From positions 1 through 45,564 of IMG/VR virus record IMGVR_UViG_3300042196_000036: a stretch of 45,564 bases of DNA. The stretch is one strand, 5' to 3'. Made by a program: the position numbers and the translations under genes. The stretch comes from a virus. Its lineage: Duplodnaviria; Caudoviricetes. This document shows positions 1-9,803 of the stretch, in pieces (within the stretch, counting starts at the first letter, position 1; every line of letters starts with the position of its first letter). Below the pieces are notes generated by a model, which saw only the letters and a list, made by a program, of their open reading frames with translations, was not told the DNA's origin and did no database searches.

Positions 1-127
1 GTGGTCGCCTTCGTGGAGCGGTATTGCCTCACACCGGAAGGGCAGCACGTCGGGAAGCCGATCAAGCTGGTGCCGTTTCAGAAGCGGTTTATCAAGGCGA
101 TTTACGACAACAAGCGAGGGACGCACA
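1..127 (+). repeat. Terminal direct repeat (identical to 45438-45564), probable circular-assembly overlap
   Basis: GTGGTCGCCTTCGTGGAG...GGGACGCACA at both ends, inside the terL reading frame. Confidence 0.95.
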
Positions 128-1512
128 CCGCTTACCTGTCGATCGCTCGCAAGAACGGCAAAACCGCATTGATCGCCGGGATGATGCTGGCGCATCTGGT
201 CGGCCCGGAAGCGAAGCTGAACAGCCAGATCGTCAGTGGCGCCCGCAGCCGGGAACAGGCCGCGCAGGTCTTCAACTACGCCGCGAAGATGGTGCAACTG
301 TCACCGGTGCTGTCCGGGCTGGTGAAGATCATCCCATCCGGTAAGCGCCTGATCGGGCTACCGCTGAACGTCGAGTACCGCGCGCTATCGGCAGAAGGCC
401 AGACGGCGCATGGCCTGAGCCCGATCCTCGCCATCCTGGATGAGGTCGGGCAGGTACGCGGCACGCAGGACGATTTCATCGACGCGATCACGACCGCACA
501 GGGCGCGCACGAATCGCCTTTGCTGGTGGCAATCAGCACGCAGGCCGCGAATGACGCCGACCTGTTTAGCACTTGGATCGACGACGCGAAGCAGTCGAAA
601 GACCCGCGCATCGTCTGTCACACCTACGAAGCGCCGGCCGGGTGCAGTTTGCTGGACGCGAAGGCATGGAAGGCGGCGAACCCTGCGCTCGGACTTTTCC
701 GGTCTCTTGACGATCTGGCGGAGCAGGCGAAAAAGGCCGCGCGCATGCCGAGCGCGGAGAACACCTTCCGCAACCTGATCCTGAATCAGCGGGTCTCGAC
801 GGTCTGTCCGTTCATTTCGGTGGACGTGTGGAAGTCGTGTGGCGGCGTAGTCCTACCGTTCGGCGACTCGCCGGTGTGGGCCGGGTTGGATCTGTCCGGG
901 CGCACCGACCTGACCGCACTGGTGATGATCGCCAAGCTGGCCGGCGTGTGGCATGTGATGCCGCACTTCTGGACGCCGGAAGTAGGCCTATCTGAGAGAG
1001 CAAAGCGGGACCGGGCGCCTTACGACGTATGGGCGAGGCAGGGGTATATGCACACCACGCCTGGCGCGACGGTCGATTATGAATACGTGGCTCAGGACAT
1101 CGCGGCAATCCTCGGTCCGCTGAATGTGCAGTCCGTTGCGTATGACCGCTGGCGGATCGACCTGCTGAAAAAAGAGTTCGAGAAGATCGGCGCGGATATC
1201 CCGCTCGTCGAATTCGGGCAGGGGTTCAAGGACATGAGCCCGGCGATCGAATCGCTTGAGGCTGAGATGGTAAATGCTCGAGTCGCGCACGGCGCGCACC
1301 CGGTGCTGACGATGTGCGCATCAAACGCAGTGGTGACATCGGACCCTGCCGGCAATCGGAAGCTCGACAAACACAAGGCCACGGGCCGCATTGACGGACT
1401 CGTTGGGATGGCAATGGCGTTCGGGTGCGCTTCGGCGCAGGAAGAGGAAGCCGAATCCGTTTATGAAGCGTTGGCGCGCAAGACAAGGGAAACGCTGAAT
1501 GAACATTCTTGA
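1..1512 (+). CDS. terL: Terminase large subunit (true start at ATG 45408, across the origin)
   Basis: Walker A-like IARKNGKT, Walker B ILDE, nuclease GLDLS and RIDG motifs; precedes the portal. Confidence 0.95.
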   Translation: MVAFVERYCLTPEGQHVGKPIKLVPFQKRFIKAIYDNKRGTHTAYLSIARKNGKTALIAGMMLAHLVGPEAKLNSQIVSGARSREQAAQVFNYAAKMVQLSPVLSGLVKIIPSGKRLIGLPLNVEYRALSAEGQTAHGLSPILAILDEVGQVRGTQDDFIDAITTAQGAHESPLLVAISTQAANDADLFSTWIDDAKQSKDPRIVCHTYEAPAGCSLLDAKAWKAANPALGLFRSLDDLAEQAKKAARMPSAENTFRNLILNQRVSTVCPFISVDVWKSCGGVVLPFGDSPVWAGLDLSGRTDLTALVMIAKLAGVWHVMPHFWTPEVGLSERAKRDRAPYDVWARQGYMHTTPGATVDYEYVAQDIAAILGPLNVQSVAYDRWRIDLLKKEFEKIGADIPLVEFGQGFKDMSPAIESLEAEMVNARVAHGAHPVLTMCASNAVVTSDPAGNRKLDKHKATGRIDGLVGMAMAFGCASAQEEEAESVYEALARKTRETLNEHS

Positions 1513-2821
1513 ACGCATCAAAAACCGCCTTACGTTCTGGCGTGTATCTCATCCACGATTCTTCGTCGGCCAGAACCAAGCCGGCGTAACGGTCACTGAA
1601 GACACCGCGCTCGCGTATTCGGCCGTGGCAGCCTGCGTGCGGGTGGTCTCGGAAACGCTGGCCTCTTTGCCGTGGCAGGTCTATCGCCGCATTGATGGTG
1701 GCGGCCGCGAGGCGATGGGGAACAACTCCATTCAGTGGCTACTGAACATACAAGCTAATCCGGAAATGACGGCGTATGTGTTCCGCCGGACGATGATCGC
1801 GCATCAGCTGACGTGGGGAAATGCCTACGCGGAGATCGAGCGGAGCACAGGCGGCCGGGCCACTTGGCTGTGGCCTTTGCCGCCTGATCGGTGCTGCCTC
1901 GAGCGAGATCAGGACGGCGCGCTGTGGCTGAAAGTGACCGGAGAAACCCGAACGTACTACATCAGCCGGGACAATTTCCTGCACTTCTCGGACGGCGGAT
2001 TCGATGGAATCGTCGGAATGTCTCGCGTGCAAGCAGCGCGCCGGGCAATCGGCGCTGGAATCGCGCAGGACGTGTTCGCTGTTCACTATTATGCAAACGG
2101 CGCATCGATTGGCGGCGTGATTGAGAACAAGACGGCCAAGCTGAGCATCGAGGGCCGCGAAGCTTTGCTTGCGGACTTCAACGAAAAGCACGGCGGCCCT
2201 ACAAAGGTAGCGAAGACGCTCTATCTCGACAACGGCATGGAATACAAGCAGTTCAGCTTGCCTCTGACGGATGCGCAATTCCTTGAAACGCGCCGGTTCC
2301 AGGTCGAGGAAATCGCCCGCTGGTACGGCGTGCCGCTCCATCTGCTGCAGGATCTGACCAACTCGAACTATGCCGTCAGTTATGAGGCGTCGAAAAACTT
2401 CGTTGAATACACCCTGCGCCCGCTTTGTGTCCAGCACGAGCAGGAGGCCAACATCCGTCTGTTCGGCACTCGCTCGATGGGGTCCGTGTATTCGCGCGTG
2501 AATCTTTCCGGGCTGCTTCGCGGCGATCCGAAGACGCGAGGCGAGTATTACAAAGCCATGATCAATGCGGGCGTGATGAACATCAACGAAATCCGCGAGC
2601 TTGAGGAACTGAACTCGATCGGGTCGGACGGTGATGAGCATTACATGCAACTGAACATGACCACGATCGCCCGGATCGCGTCCGGTGATGCGCAGGCAGA
2701 ATCCGCAGAGCCGGAAGCGCCGGAGCCCGAGCCGGAGCCTGAACCACAACCCGAGAACGTAGTCCGCAGCATCGCCAAGGCGTGGCGGCGTGAGCAGAAA
2801 CAGGAGCAGCGCAATGTCTAA
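1499..2821 (+). CDS. HK97-family portal protein
   Basis: YSAVAACVRVVSETLASLP, GNAYAEI, DAQFLETRRFQVEEIARWYGVP, NEIRELE motifs. Confidence 0.95.
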   Translation: MNILERIKNRLTFWRVSHPRFFVGQNQAGVTVTEDTALAYSAVAACVRVVSETLASLPWQVYRRIDGGGREAMGNNSIQWLLNIQANPEMTAYVFRRTMIAHQLTWGNAYAEIERSTGGRATWLWPLPPDRCCLERDQDGALWLKVTGETRTYYISRDNFLHFSDGGFDGIVGMSRVQAARRAIGAGIAQDVFAVHYYANGASIGGVIENKTAKLSIEGREALLADFNEKHGGPTKVAKTLYLDNGMEYKQFSLPLTDAQFLETRRFQVEEIARWYGVPLHLLQDLTNSNYAVSYEASKNFVEYTLRPLCVQHEQEANIRLFGTRSMGSVYSRVNLSGLLRGDPKTRGEYYKAMINAGVMNINEIRELEELNSIGSDGDEHYMQLNMTTIARIASGDAQAESAEPEAPEPEPEPEPQPENVVRSIAKAWRREQKQEQRNV

Positions 2822-3482
2822 TGTACGGTTCGTCAATCGCGGCAACGCCGGGGAAATCTGGCTATACGATCAGGTCGGGGAAGGCATGTTCGGCGGCATG
2901 TCCGCGAAAACCTTCGGCAATGAACTGCGCGCGCTCGGCAAGGTTGGAGAGATCAATCTGCGCATCAACTCCCCGGGCGGATCGGTGTTCGATGGGGTCG
3001 CAATCTACAACCAGCTCAAACAGCACCCTGCCCGGATCGTGGTCGATATCGATGGGGTTGCCGCGTCGATTGCTTCGGTGATCGCAATGGCGGGCGACGA
3101 GATCCGCATGGCAGACAACGCCATGATGATGATCCATGACCCCTACACGATGGCGGCCGGCGGCGCGGAAGAGATGCGCAAGACCGCAGACCTGCTGGAC
3201 CAGATCCGCGACATCATCGCCAGCACCTACGCCAAGCGCACCGCTCGATCCGATTCGGAAATCAAGCAACTGATGGCCGATGAAACCTGGATGTCCGCTG
3301 GCGACGCTGCGGCTCTCGGCTTTATCGATGCCGTCACCGAAGAGCAGCGCATCGCCGCATGCAGCGGGTTCGACTTCTCAAATTTCCGCAAGACGCCGGC
3401 CGCACTGACTGGCGCCACTCAATCCGCACAACACTCGATGGCGCAAGTGAAGCTCGCCGCCATGAGTACCAGATTGCGATAA
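2814..3482 (+). CDS. ClpP-like head maturation protease
   Basis: INSPGGSV, DGVAASIAS, MMMIHDP, ETWMSA motifs; SD CAGGAG upstream of ATG 2814. Confidence 0.93.
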   Translation: MSNVRFVNRGNAGEIWLYDQVGEGMFGGMSAKTFGNELRALGKVGEINLRINSPGGSVFDGVAIYNQLKQHPARIVVDIDGVAASIASVIAMAGDEIRMADNAMMMIHDPYTMAAGGAEEMRKTADLLDQIRDIIASTYAKRTARSDSEIKQLMADETWMSAGDAAALGFIDAVTEEQRIAACSGFDFSNFRKTPAALTGATQSAQHSMAQVKLAAMSTRLR

Positions 3483-3519
3483 ATCAATCGCAAGACAGCC
3501 GGCGCTTTAGCCGCATCAC

Positions 3520-3543
3520 GCCACCTTCGGGTGGCTTTTTTTT
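3520..3543 (+). terminator. Intrinsic terminator-like hairpin
   Basis: GCCACC-TTCG-GGTGGC followed by T8. Confidence 0.8.
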
Positions 3544-3555
3544 CGGAGCAAAGAA

Positions 3556-4944
3556 ATGCAAAACATCGAGCAGATCAAAGCCCGGCTCGTCGAACTGAAC
3601 GAGATCGGGAAGGCCATCCAAGCGAAAGCGGACGCTGAGAAGCGCGAGCTGTCGGCGGATGAACAAAAGGAAGTGGACGCCATTTTCAACGAGTTCGAGG
3701 CCGCCGAGGCAGACATCGCGCGCCGTGAGCGTCTGTCGGCTCAGGAACAGCGCCTCGGCCAAAGCGCCGGCCGCGTCGTCCCGCCCCAGCCGCTTGCCAT
3801 GCAAAACGGCTCGAGCGTCGTCGTCCAGAACGGTGTCGGCGCGGATGGCCTGCGCAATACCCGCCTTTCGACGGTCGAAGAGCGTGCCCGGTGGGGGTTC
3901 CGCGACTTCGGCGAGTTCTGCGCGACCGTGCGTTCCGCCTCGAACAACCCCAGTTCGATCGATCAGCGGCTGATCACGAACGCGCTGTCCACCTACGGGT
4001 CGGAATCCGTCGGCGCCGATGGCGGTTTCGCGGTTCCGCCCGAATGGCGCTCCTCGATCATGGAAGCCGTAGTCGGCGAGGACTCGCTGCTGTCGCGCAC
4101 CGATCAGCAGCAGGCAACCGGCAACAGCATCACGTTCCCGGTCGACGAGACGACCGCATGGCAGACCAGCGGCGGCATCCAGGCCTACTGGGACGGCGAA
4201 GCCGCTGCCATGACGCAATCGAAGCCGGCTCTCAAGGAAGTTACCGTCAAGCTGCACCGTGTGACCGCTCTGGTCCCGGTGACGGACGAGCTTCTGCAGG
4301 ACTCGGCCGCGCTCGGGTCGTATGTCTCCCGCAAGGCAGGCGACAAGATTGCATTCAAGGTCAACGACGCGATCCTGAACGGCACCGGAGCCGGCCAACC
4401 GCTCGGCATCCTGAACGCCCCGGCTACCGTGTCGGTTGCGAAGGAAACCTCGCAGACTGCCGCGACGTTCCACGCCGACAACGCCGTCAAGATGATGGCC
4501 CGCATGCCGGCCGCAAGCTTCGGCCGGTCCGCGTGGATCATCAATCAGGATGTCGTGCCGCAGATCATGAAGCTCGGCTTTGCGGTTACGACCGCCTCCG
4601 GCACTGCGGCCGGCGCTGGACAGCTGTACATGCCCCCGACTGGTCTGGCGAACTCGGGCGCGTATGGCTCGCTGCTCGGCCGGCCGATCATCGTCACCGA
4701 AGCAGCCGCAACGCTCGGCACGGTCGGCGACGTGGTTCTCGCGGATCTGGCTCAGTACCTCGCGGTGATCAAGGCCGGCGGCGTGCGTTCCGACACCTCG
4801 ATCCACCTGTTCTTCGATCAAAACGCGACCGCCTTCCGGTTCGTGCTGAGGATGAACGGTCAGCCGTGGCTGTCGGCGCCGATCGCTCGCAAGAACGGTT
4901 CGAACACCCTCTCGCACTTCATTACCCTCGCGACCCGCGCGTAA
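3556..4944 (+). CDS. Major capsid protein (HK97 fold, N-terminal coiled-coil scaffold domain)
   Basis: DGGFAVPPE, VTDELLQDS, ILNGTGAGQPLGILN, GSLLGRPI motifs; follows the protease. Confidence 0.95.
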   Translation: MQNIEQIKARLVELNEIGKAIQAKADAEKRELSADEQKEVDAIFNEFEAAEADIARRERLSAQEQRLGQSAGRVVPPQPLAMQNGSSVVVQNGVGADGLRNTRLSTVEERARWGFRDFGEFCATVRSASNNPSSIDQRLITNALSTYGSESVGADGGFAVPPEWRSSIMEAVVGEDSLLSRTDQQQATGNSITFPVDETTAWQTSGGIQAYWDGEAAAMTQSKPALKEVTVKLHRVTALVPVTDELLQDSAALGSYVSRKAGDKIAFKVNDAILNGTGAGQPLGILNAPATVSVAKETSQTAATFHADNAVKMMARMPAASFGRSAWIINQDVVPQIMKLGFAVTTASGTAAGAGQLYMPPTGLANSGAYGSLLGRPIIVTEAAATLGTVGDVVLADLAQYLAVIKAGGVRSDTSIHLFFDQNATAFRFVLRMNGQPWLSAPIARKNGSNTLSHFITLATRA

Positions 4945-4989
4945 TTGATCTGAGCCCGGCGTAATGCCGGGCGCAACGGAGAACACGAA

Positions 4990-5481
4990 ATGACCACATC
5001 TTTGAACGGCCGGCTCGACGAGCAGGTTTACATGGTGCAGGCCGCCAGCAATGGCGTTCTGACGACCACCGTTGGCGACTGCGTCTATGTGTCGCTGAAA
5101 AACTACCGCAAGGTGCAGGTTGTCATCGACCTGTTGAATGCAACAACCGTCACCGGCGCGACCGTGACGCTCAAGCAAGCGACCGCGGTTGCCGGCACGA
5201 ACGAAAAGGCGCTTGCCTTCACGCGCATGCTGGCAAACATCGATGTTGCTGCGTCGCAGGCGATGACCGAAACGGCCGTGACCAGCAACACCTTCACGAC
5301 CGACACCACGAACTCGAAGCGCCTGCGCTACGTGCTCGACGTGGACTCCGAGGAGCTTGATGTTGCTGGCGGTTTCGACTGCTTCCGCGTGGACTGCACC
5401 GGCGCTCTTGCCAGCCTCGGCACCGTTACCTATGCGCTGTACGGCGCACGGTATAGCGGTTCCAGCCCGATGGTCGATTGA
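4990..5481 (+). CDS. Hypothetical beta-rich virion protein, possibly capsid decoration
   Basis: SD GGAG; Thr/Val-rich; directly after the capsid gene. Confidence 0.6.
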   Translation: MTTSLNGRLDEQVYMVQAASNGVLTTTVGDCVYVSLKNYRKVQVVIDLLNATTVTGATVTLKQATAVAGTNEKALAFTRMLANIDVAASQAMTETAVTSNTFTTDTTNSKRLRYVLDVDSEELDVAGGFDCFRVDCTGALASLGTVTYALYGARYSGSSPMVD

Positions 5482-5500
5482 TCGATCTGATGATTGAAAG

Positions 5501-5530
5501 AAGCCCGCCATGCGCGGGCTTTTTGCTTTT
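5501..5530 (+). terminator. Intrinsic terminator-like hairpin
   Basis: AAGCCCGC-CATGC-GCGGGCTT followed by a T tract. Confidence 0.75.
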
Positions 5531-5544
5531 CAGGAGCCACACAC

Positions 5545-5928
5545 ATGGCAGTCACCTATAGCACCGCAATGAAAACCCTGCGCATGCAGGCCGTCGCCGA
5601 TGGCATCGACGCCGGAGTCGGCGCCGGTACGCTCGAGATCGGCACGACCGCGATGGGCACCGTCCTCGCCGTGTTCCAGCTCGTCGAGCCCTGCGGCACC
5701 GTGTCGACCGACACCCTCACACTCGACTTCGACCCGGACATCTCGGACACCTCGGCGGACGCGACCGGCACCGCAGCGGCCGCGCAGATCAAGAACGGAG
5801 ACGGCACCGTGGTCATCTCCGGCCTCACCGTCGGCACCTCTGGCACCGACATCATCCTGGACAACGCGAGCATCACGGCGACGCAGACGGTCACGCTCAC
5901 GGCTGGAACTCTGGCGCACGCGGCGTAA
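5545..5928 (+). CDS. Hypothetical small Thr/Gly/Ala-rich virion protein (possible fibre or spike base)
   Basis: SD AGGAG; beta-rich composition, ADATGTAAAAQI segment. Confidence 0.65.
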   Translation: MAVTYSTAMKTLRMQAVADGIDAGVGAGTLEIGTTAMGTVLAVFQLVEPCGTVSTDTLTLDFDPDISDTSADATGTAAAAQIKNGDGTVVISGLTVGTSGTDIILDNASITATQTVTLTAGTLAHAA

Positions 5929-5937
5929 GCCAACCGC

Positions 5938-6369
5938 ATGATCCAGCTCGCACTGTACAAGCACCGCCGGCCGCTCACCACGCTCGCCGGCATCGGTGAT
6001 GCGCTGATCCGATGGTGGACGCGCTCCGAATATTCACACTGCGAGCTCGTGGTCGATGGGATGTGCTTCAGCTCGTCGATCCAGGACGGCGGCGTGCGGG
6101 CGAAGTCGATCGAACTGCGCTCCGACCGGTGGGACTGGATCGATCTTCCGTGGGCGAGCCGCGACGCGATCATCGCGCACTGGGACGAAACGCTCGGCCA
6201 GCCCTATGACTGGTGGGGCTTGATCGGCTCGCAAATCTTTAACCGCCGATCGCACGGCTTGAAAGCCGCGTTTTGCTCCGAGTGGTGCGCCGCCGCGCTC
6301 GAGCTGTCCCACCCACAGACCTACAGCCCGCAGACGCTCGCGGACTATTGCCGGAGCCGCAGAGCATGA
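5938..6369 (+). CDS. Permuted papain-like (NlpC/P60 superfamily, YiiX/YebB-like) hydrolase
   Basis: His motif YSHCELV precedes G-PYDW and Cys motif FCSEW. Confidence 0.7.
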   Translation: MIQLALYKHRRPLTTLAGIGDALIRWWTRSEYSHCELVVDGMCFSSSIQDGGVRAKSIELRSDRWDWIDLPWASRDAIIAHWDETLGQPYDWWGLIGSQIFNRRSHGLKAAFCSEWCAAALELSHPQTYSPQTLADYCRSRRA

Positions 6370-6824
6370 CCCCAACCGAAATACGCGCGGCGATTGCCGC
6401 CGACCCAGCGATGCAGGCGCTCGTGCCCGATACCGTCGCACTTGCCGCCGCGCTGTCGGTCGGGCGGGTGCGCCGAAGGATGTATCCAGCGACCGAGCGC
6501 ACCGTCGTGTCGACGCTCGGGCTGATCGCGGGGGAGGAGTTTTTGTCCGCGCTCGAAGCCATCGCGGTCGCGCCCCTCGCCTCAGATCACCCGCTGCTGC
6601 CGTACCAGCCGGGCATTGCTCGGCAATTGGGCTGGCTCAAACGGGACGGGCTGGACGTGGGCGACCCGCAGACGCTCTCGATGCTCGATACGCTCTCCGC
6701 ACTCGGGCTGCTCGACGCTGGTTCGGTGACGGCGATCAAAGCACTCGGCGTCGATCCGGACCCGGTGCCCGAATACGACGTGCGCGTCGCAATTTACAAC
6801 GATGACGGGAGCCTGTCCCTGTGA
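6366..6824 (+). CDS. Hypothetical helical protein (possible fibre chaperone)
   Basis: ATGA overlap with the previous gene and GTGA overlap with the next. Confidence 0.6.
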   Translation: MTPTEIRAAIAADPAMQALVPDTVALAAALSVGRVRRRMYPATERTVVSTLGLIAGEEFLSALEAIAVAPLASDHPLLPYQPGIARQLGWLKRDGLDVGDPQTLSMLDTLSALGLLDAGSVTAIKALGVDPDPVPEYDVRVAIYNDDGSLSL

Positions 6825-7231
6825 CCACAACGACCCTCACCAAAACGCCACGCACACTCATCGCGGCGGCTACCAGTAACGCCGCCGGCGCGACGACCGA
6901 GGGCACGCCGGTCGATCTGCGCACCAAGCAAGGCGGCATTCTGACCGCGAAGATCACCAACGGCGCCACTGGTCCGACCATTCAGGCGACGATTCAGGTG
7001 CTCATCGCGCACAACTCCGGCGCGACCCCGACTGGCGCGGCCGAGGGCACGGACTGGAAACTGATTCACGAGATCGGCGGCGGCACGACGGCGAACGATA
7101 TCACGCGCATCCGGGGCCTGCCGGTCCCAGCCGGGGCGATGCACCTGCACGTCCGCGTTACCGGCAACACCGGGCAGGCCGTGACGTGCGAGGCGTTCCT
7201 GTCCGAGATCACCGACGCGCAGAGCGCGTAA
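6821..7231 (+). CDS. Hypothetical small beta-sandwich virion protein
   Basis: Translationally coupled; Thr/Gly-rich. Confidence 0.6.
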   Translation: MTTTTLTKTPRTLIAAATSNAAGATTEGTPVDLRTKQGGILTAKITNGATGPTIQATIQVLIAHNSGATPTGAAEGTDWKLIHEIGGGTTANDITRIRGLPVPAGAMHLHVRVTGNTGQAVTCEAFLSEITDAQSA

Positions 7232-8851
7232 ATGTCCCGGCTGATCCTCCCGAGCCGGTTTCTCGACCAGCCGCAGCACCCGGTTGAGCTGTCGAGCGAG
7301 TTCGATGTGCCCGGCGCGCTCGCGTATCTCGGCGGGCAACGTGCGCTGATCGGACGCGGCAACTACGCCGAGGGCGGGACGATCGTTCATGAGCCGTGCA
7401 GGGGGGGCGTCGGATCACGCGGCACCACATCCACGAGCTACATCAACGCCGGCCGGCAGAACTACGCACAGGCCGGCGCCCACGCGATCATGGCGCAGTT
7501 CATCGCGCTCGACACAACATCCCGCCCGATCGCGGGGGAAAACGAAGCGAGCGGTGGCTCGACGTACATCGAGTTTTTGATGCTGAACACGAACTCGGCC
7601 GGCGCTGCCTCGGCCGGGCGAGTTCGGATGCAGTTCCGAAACGAGACCGGCGGCCTGCTACTCGCAGCCGCCACGACAAACGTCGTGTTTTCGGTCGGCG
7701 CCGTGCACACGATGGTGTGGAGCATGCCGAGTGCAACCACGCTCGCTTGCGCAGTGGATGGCCAGCTCGTCCCCCTAACATACAGCCACGCTAGTACGTA
7801 CAACACCGCGCTAAAGTCGATGTTGCACGACTACGACCTGCTCAACTACAGCAACGCCGGTGCTCACCCGCTGGGAACGAACATCCAGTTGTTGATGTTC
7901 GCCCGACTCCCGATCGGCGGGCTCGACATAGAGGCGCTGTCGGCAGAGCCGTACCAGATTTTCCAAGCGCCGGACGATGTTCTGTATTTCGATCTCGGGG
8001 CGGGCGGGGACCCAACCGGGACCCTGGCCGCCACCGAAACCGGGGCGGACGTAGCTGCGCTCGCTGGTGATGTGTATGTCGTCGGCGCATTGGCAGCGAC
8101 CGAAACCGGCGCGGACGCTGCAGCGGTCTCAGGCACGGTTCTCGTCATCGGCTCGCTTTCCGCAGCCGAGTCCGGTTCAGACAGCGCCGCATTCACCGGC
8201 ACCGCGACCGGCGCCATCTCCGGGAGCCTTGTGGCGACGGAATCTGGCGCCGATACGTCCGACATGGCTGGCGTCGTGCTCGTGTCTGGCGCGCTTGCAG
8301 CTGCCGAAATCGGAGCAGACACGGCGAGCTTGTCCGGGTCGGTCCTCGTCACGGGTTCGCTCAGTGCGACCGAGGCGGGCGCCGATACGGCGAGCTTCAC
8401 CAGCTCCACCACTTCGACCGGAGCCCTAGCCGCAACTGAGACTGGCGCTGACAGCGCCGCACTGACGGGCGTTGTCGTCGTTGAAGGCAACCTGGCTGCT
8501 GCGGAGGTCGGCGCAGACGCCGCAGCGATGGCCGGCGATGTGGTGGTGGGAGGATCGCTCGCTGCAACAGAAACCGGCAGCGACACGGCGGCTTTTACCG
8601 GCGACACCCCGGCAGAAATTCTCGGCACGGTGGCCGCGCAGGAAGCCGGCGCAGACAGCGCAAACCTTGTCGGTGCGGTACGGGTGCGCGGTTCGGCCGC
8701 AATCACCGAAACCGGCGCCGACACGGCGATCGTCGTCGGCCCAGTGCTCATTACGGGAGTGCTGTCTGCACCGCGCAAGCGGTACGCGAACGAACTCACG
8801 GCGATCCGCAGCAACCTACAAACGGCGCGGCGCCGGCCTAATCTCAACTGA
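7232..8851 (+). CDS. Putative fibre: N-terminal globular (lectin/LamG-like?) domain plus 11 tandem ~22-aa repeats
   Basis: Repeat GxLxAxExGxDxA seen in translation; HTMVW...AVDG resembles ConA/LamG-like strands (weak). Confidence 0.65.
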   Translation: MSRLILPSRFLDQPQHPVELSSEFDVPGALAYLGGQRALIGRGNYAEGGTIVHEPCRGGVGSRGTTSTSYINAGRQNYAQAGAHAIMAQFIALDTTSRPIAGENEASGGSTYIEFLMLNTNSAGAASAGRVRMQFRNETGGLLLAAATTNVVFSVGAVHTMVWSMPSATTLACAVDGQLVPLTYSHASTYNTALKSMLHDYDLLNYSNAGAHPLGTNIQLLMFARLPIGGLDIEALSAEPYQIFQAPDDVLYFDLGAGGDPTGTLAATETGADVAALAGDVYVVGALAATETGADAAAVSGTVLVIGSLSAAESGSDSAAFTGTATGAISGSLVATESGADTSDMAGVVLVSGALAAAEIGADTASLSGSVLVTGSLSATEAGADTASFTSSTTSTGALAATETGADSAALTGVVVVEGNLAAAEVGADAAAMAGDVVVGGSLAATETGSDTAAFTGDTPAEILGTVAAQEAGADSANLVGAVRVRGSAAITETGADTAIVVGPVLITGVLSAPRKRYANELTAIRSNLQTARRRPNLN

Positions 8852-8861
8852 GCGATACCCG

Positions 8862-9416
8862 ATGACGACAAAACTGGTAAGCGTCGAGACCGAACCGGTC
8901 ACGCTGACCGAGGCAAAGTTGCGCCTGCGTATCGATGGCACGGACGACGATAACGACCTCACGATGCTGATCTCCGCGGCCCGCTCGATGTGCGAGCAGC
9001 AGATCGACGGCTCGGTATCGGCCTGTACGTGGGATCTCAAGGTCGACAAATTCCCGGACGGGGAGATCAAGCTGCTTTGGCCGCCCGTGGCTACCGTTAC
9101 GTCTGTCACCTACATCGATATCAACGGCGATGCGCAGGTCATGGATTCCAGCGCCTATTCGCTGGACTCGCACTCCGAGCCGGCATGGCTGCTGCCTGCA
9201 GTCGATACGGAATGGCCGGAAACCTACGACACCGCGAACGCTGTAACGGTGCGCTACACGGCCGGATACGGCGCTGCTTGCCCTGAACCGCTGAAGATGT
9301 GGATATTGCTTCACGTGGGCAATATGTATCGCAACCGCGAGGCGGTCAATGTCGGGAATATCGTTACAGAAATCCCATACTACAACGGGCTGCTTGATCG
9401 ATATCGGGTGTGGTGA
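8862..9416 (+). CDS. Head-tail connector (gp6-like)
   Basis: EPVTLTEAKLRLRID, LISAAR, VTVRYTAGYG, YRNREA. Confidence 0.9.
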   Translation: MTTKLVSVETEPVTLTEAKLRLRIDGTDDDNDLTMLISAARSMCEQQIDGSVSACTWDLKVDKFPDGEIKLLWPPVATVTSVTYIDINGDAQVMDSSAYSLDSHSEPAWLLPAVDTEWPETYDTANAVTVRYTAGYGAACPEPLKMWILLHVGNMYRNREAVNVGNIVTEIPYYNGLLDRYRVW

Positions 9417-9421
9417 TTGGG

Positions 9422-9748
9422 ATGAAAGCTGGACAGCTAGACCGCCGGGTCAAGTTGCAGACCAAGGGCATCACACAGGATGCCTATGGTGGAGCGGTCG
9501 TTACGTGGTCGGACGCCGCTACCGTATGGGCGGCCGTCGAGCCACTATATGGGCGGGAGTTTTTCGGCGCGCAGCAGATCGATAGCGAGATCACCATCCG
9601 CGTGCGCATCCGCTACCGGGCTGGTGTGGTGCCTGCGATGCGGGTGCTGTACGGATCGCGCGTGCTGGACATCCGCAGCGTGATCGACCCGAAAGACCGG
9701 CACGAGGAATTGCAGCTGATGTGCAGCGAGGGCTTGACCGCCGGGTAA
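9422..9748 (+). CDS. Head closure / head-tail adaptor
   Basis: MKAGQLDRRV, WAAVEPL-GRE, IRYRAGV-PAMRV. Confidence 0.9.
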   Translation: MKAGQLDRRVKLQTKGITQDAYGGAVVTWSDAATVWAAVEPLYGREFFGAQQIDSEITIRVRIRYRAGVVPAMRVLYGSRVLDIRSVIDPKDRHEELQLMCSEGLTAG

Positions 9749-9803
9749 TGCCGCATGACCATTGATCGGCGCCGAATATGCGGCCGGAAAATGGAGCTGG
9801 AAA

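Noticed and set aside
1-127. Biological terminal repeat (T7-like DTR)
   Set aside because: It falls inside terL and its 127-bp length matches a common assembler k-mer; the HNH-terS-terL layout suggests cos packaging.
3484-5511. 675-aa minus-strand ORF and many other long antisense or alternate-frame ORFs
   Set aside because: They shadow well-supported genes in a GC-rich genome and show no motifs or SD.
8016-8770. CRISPR array or DGR template/variable repeat
   Set aside because: Repeats are degenerate and in-frame coding; no spacers, cas genes, reverse transcriptase or adenine-specific repeat pair seen in the window.
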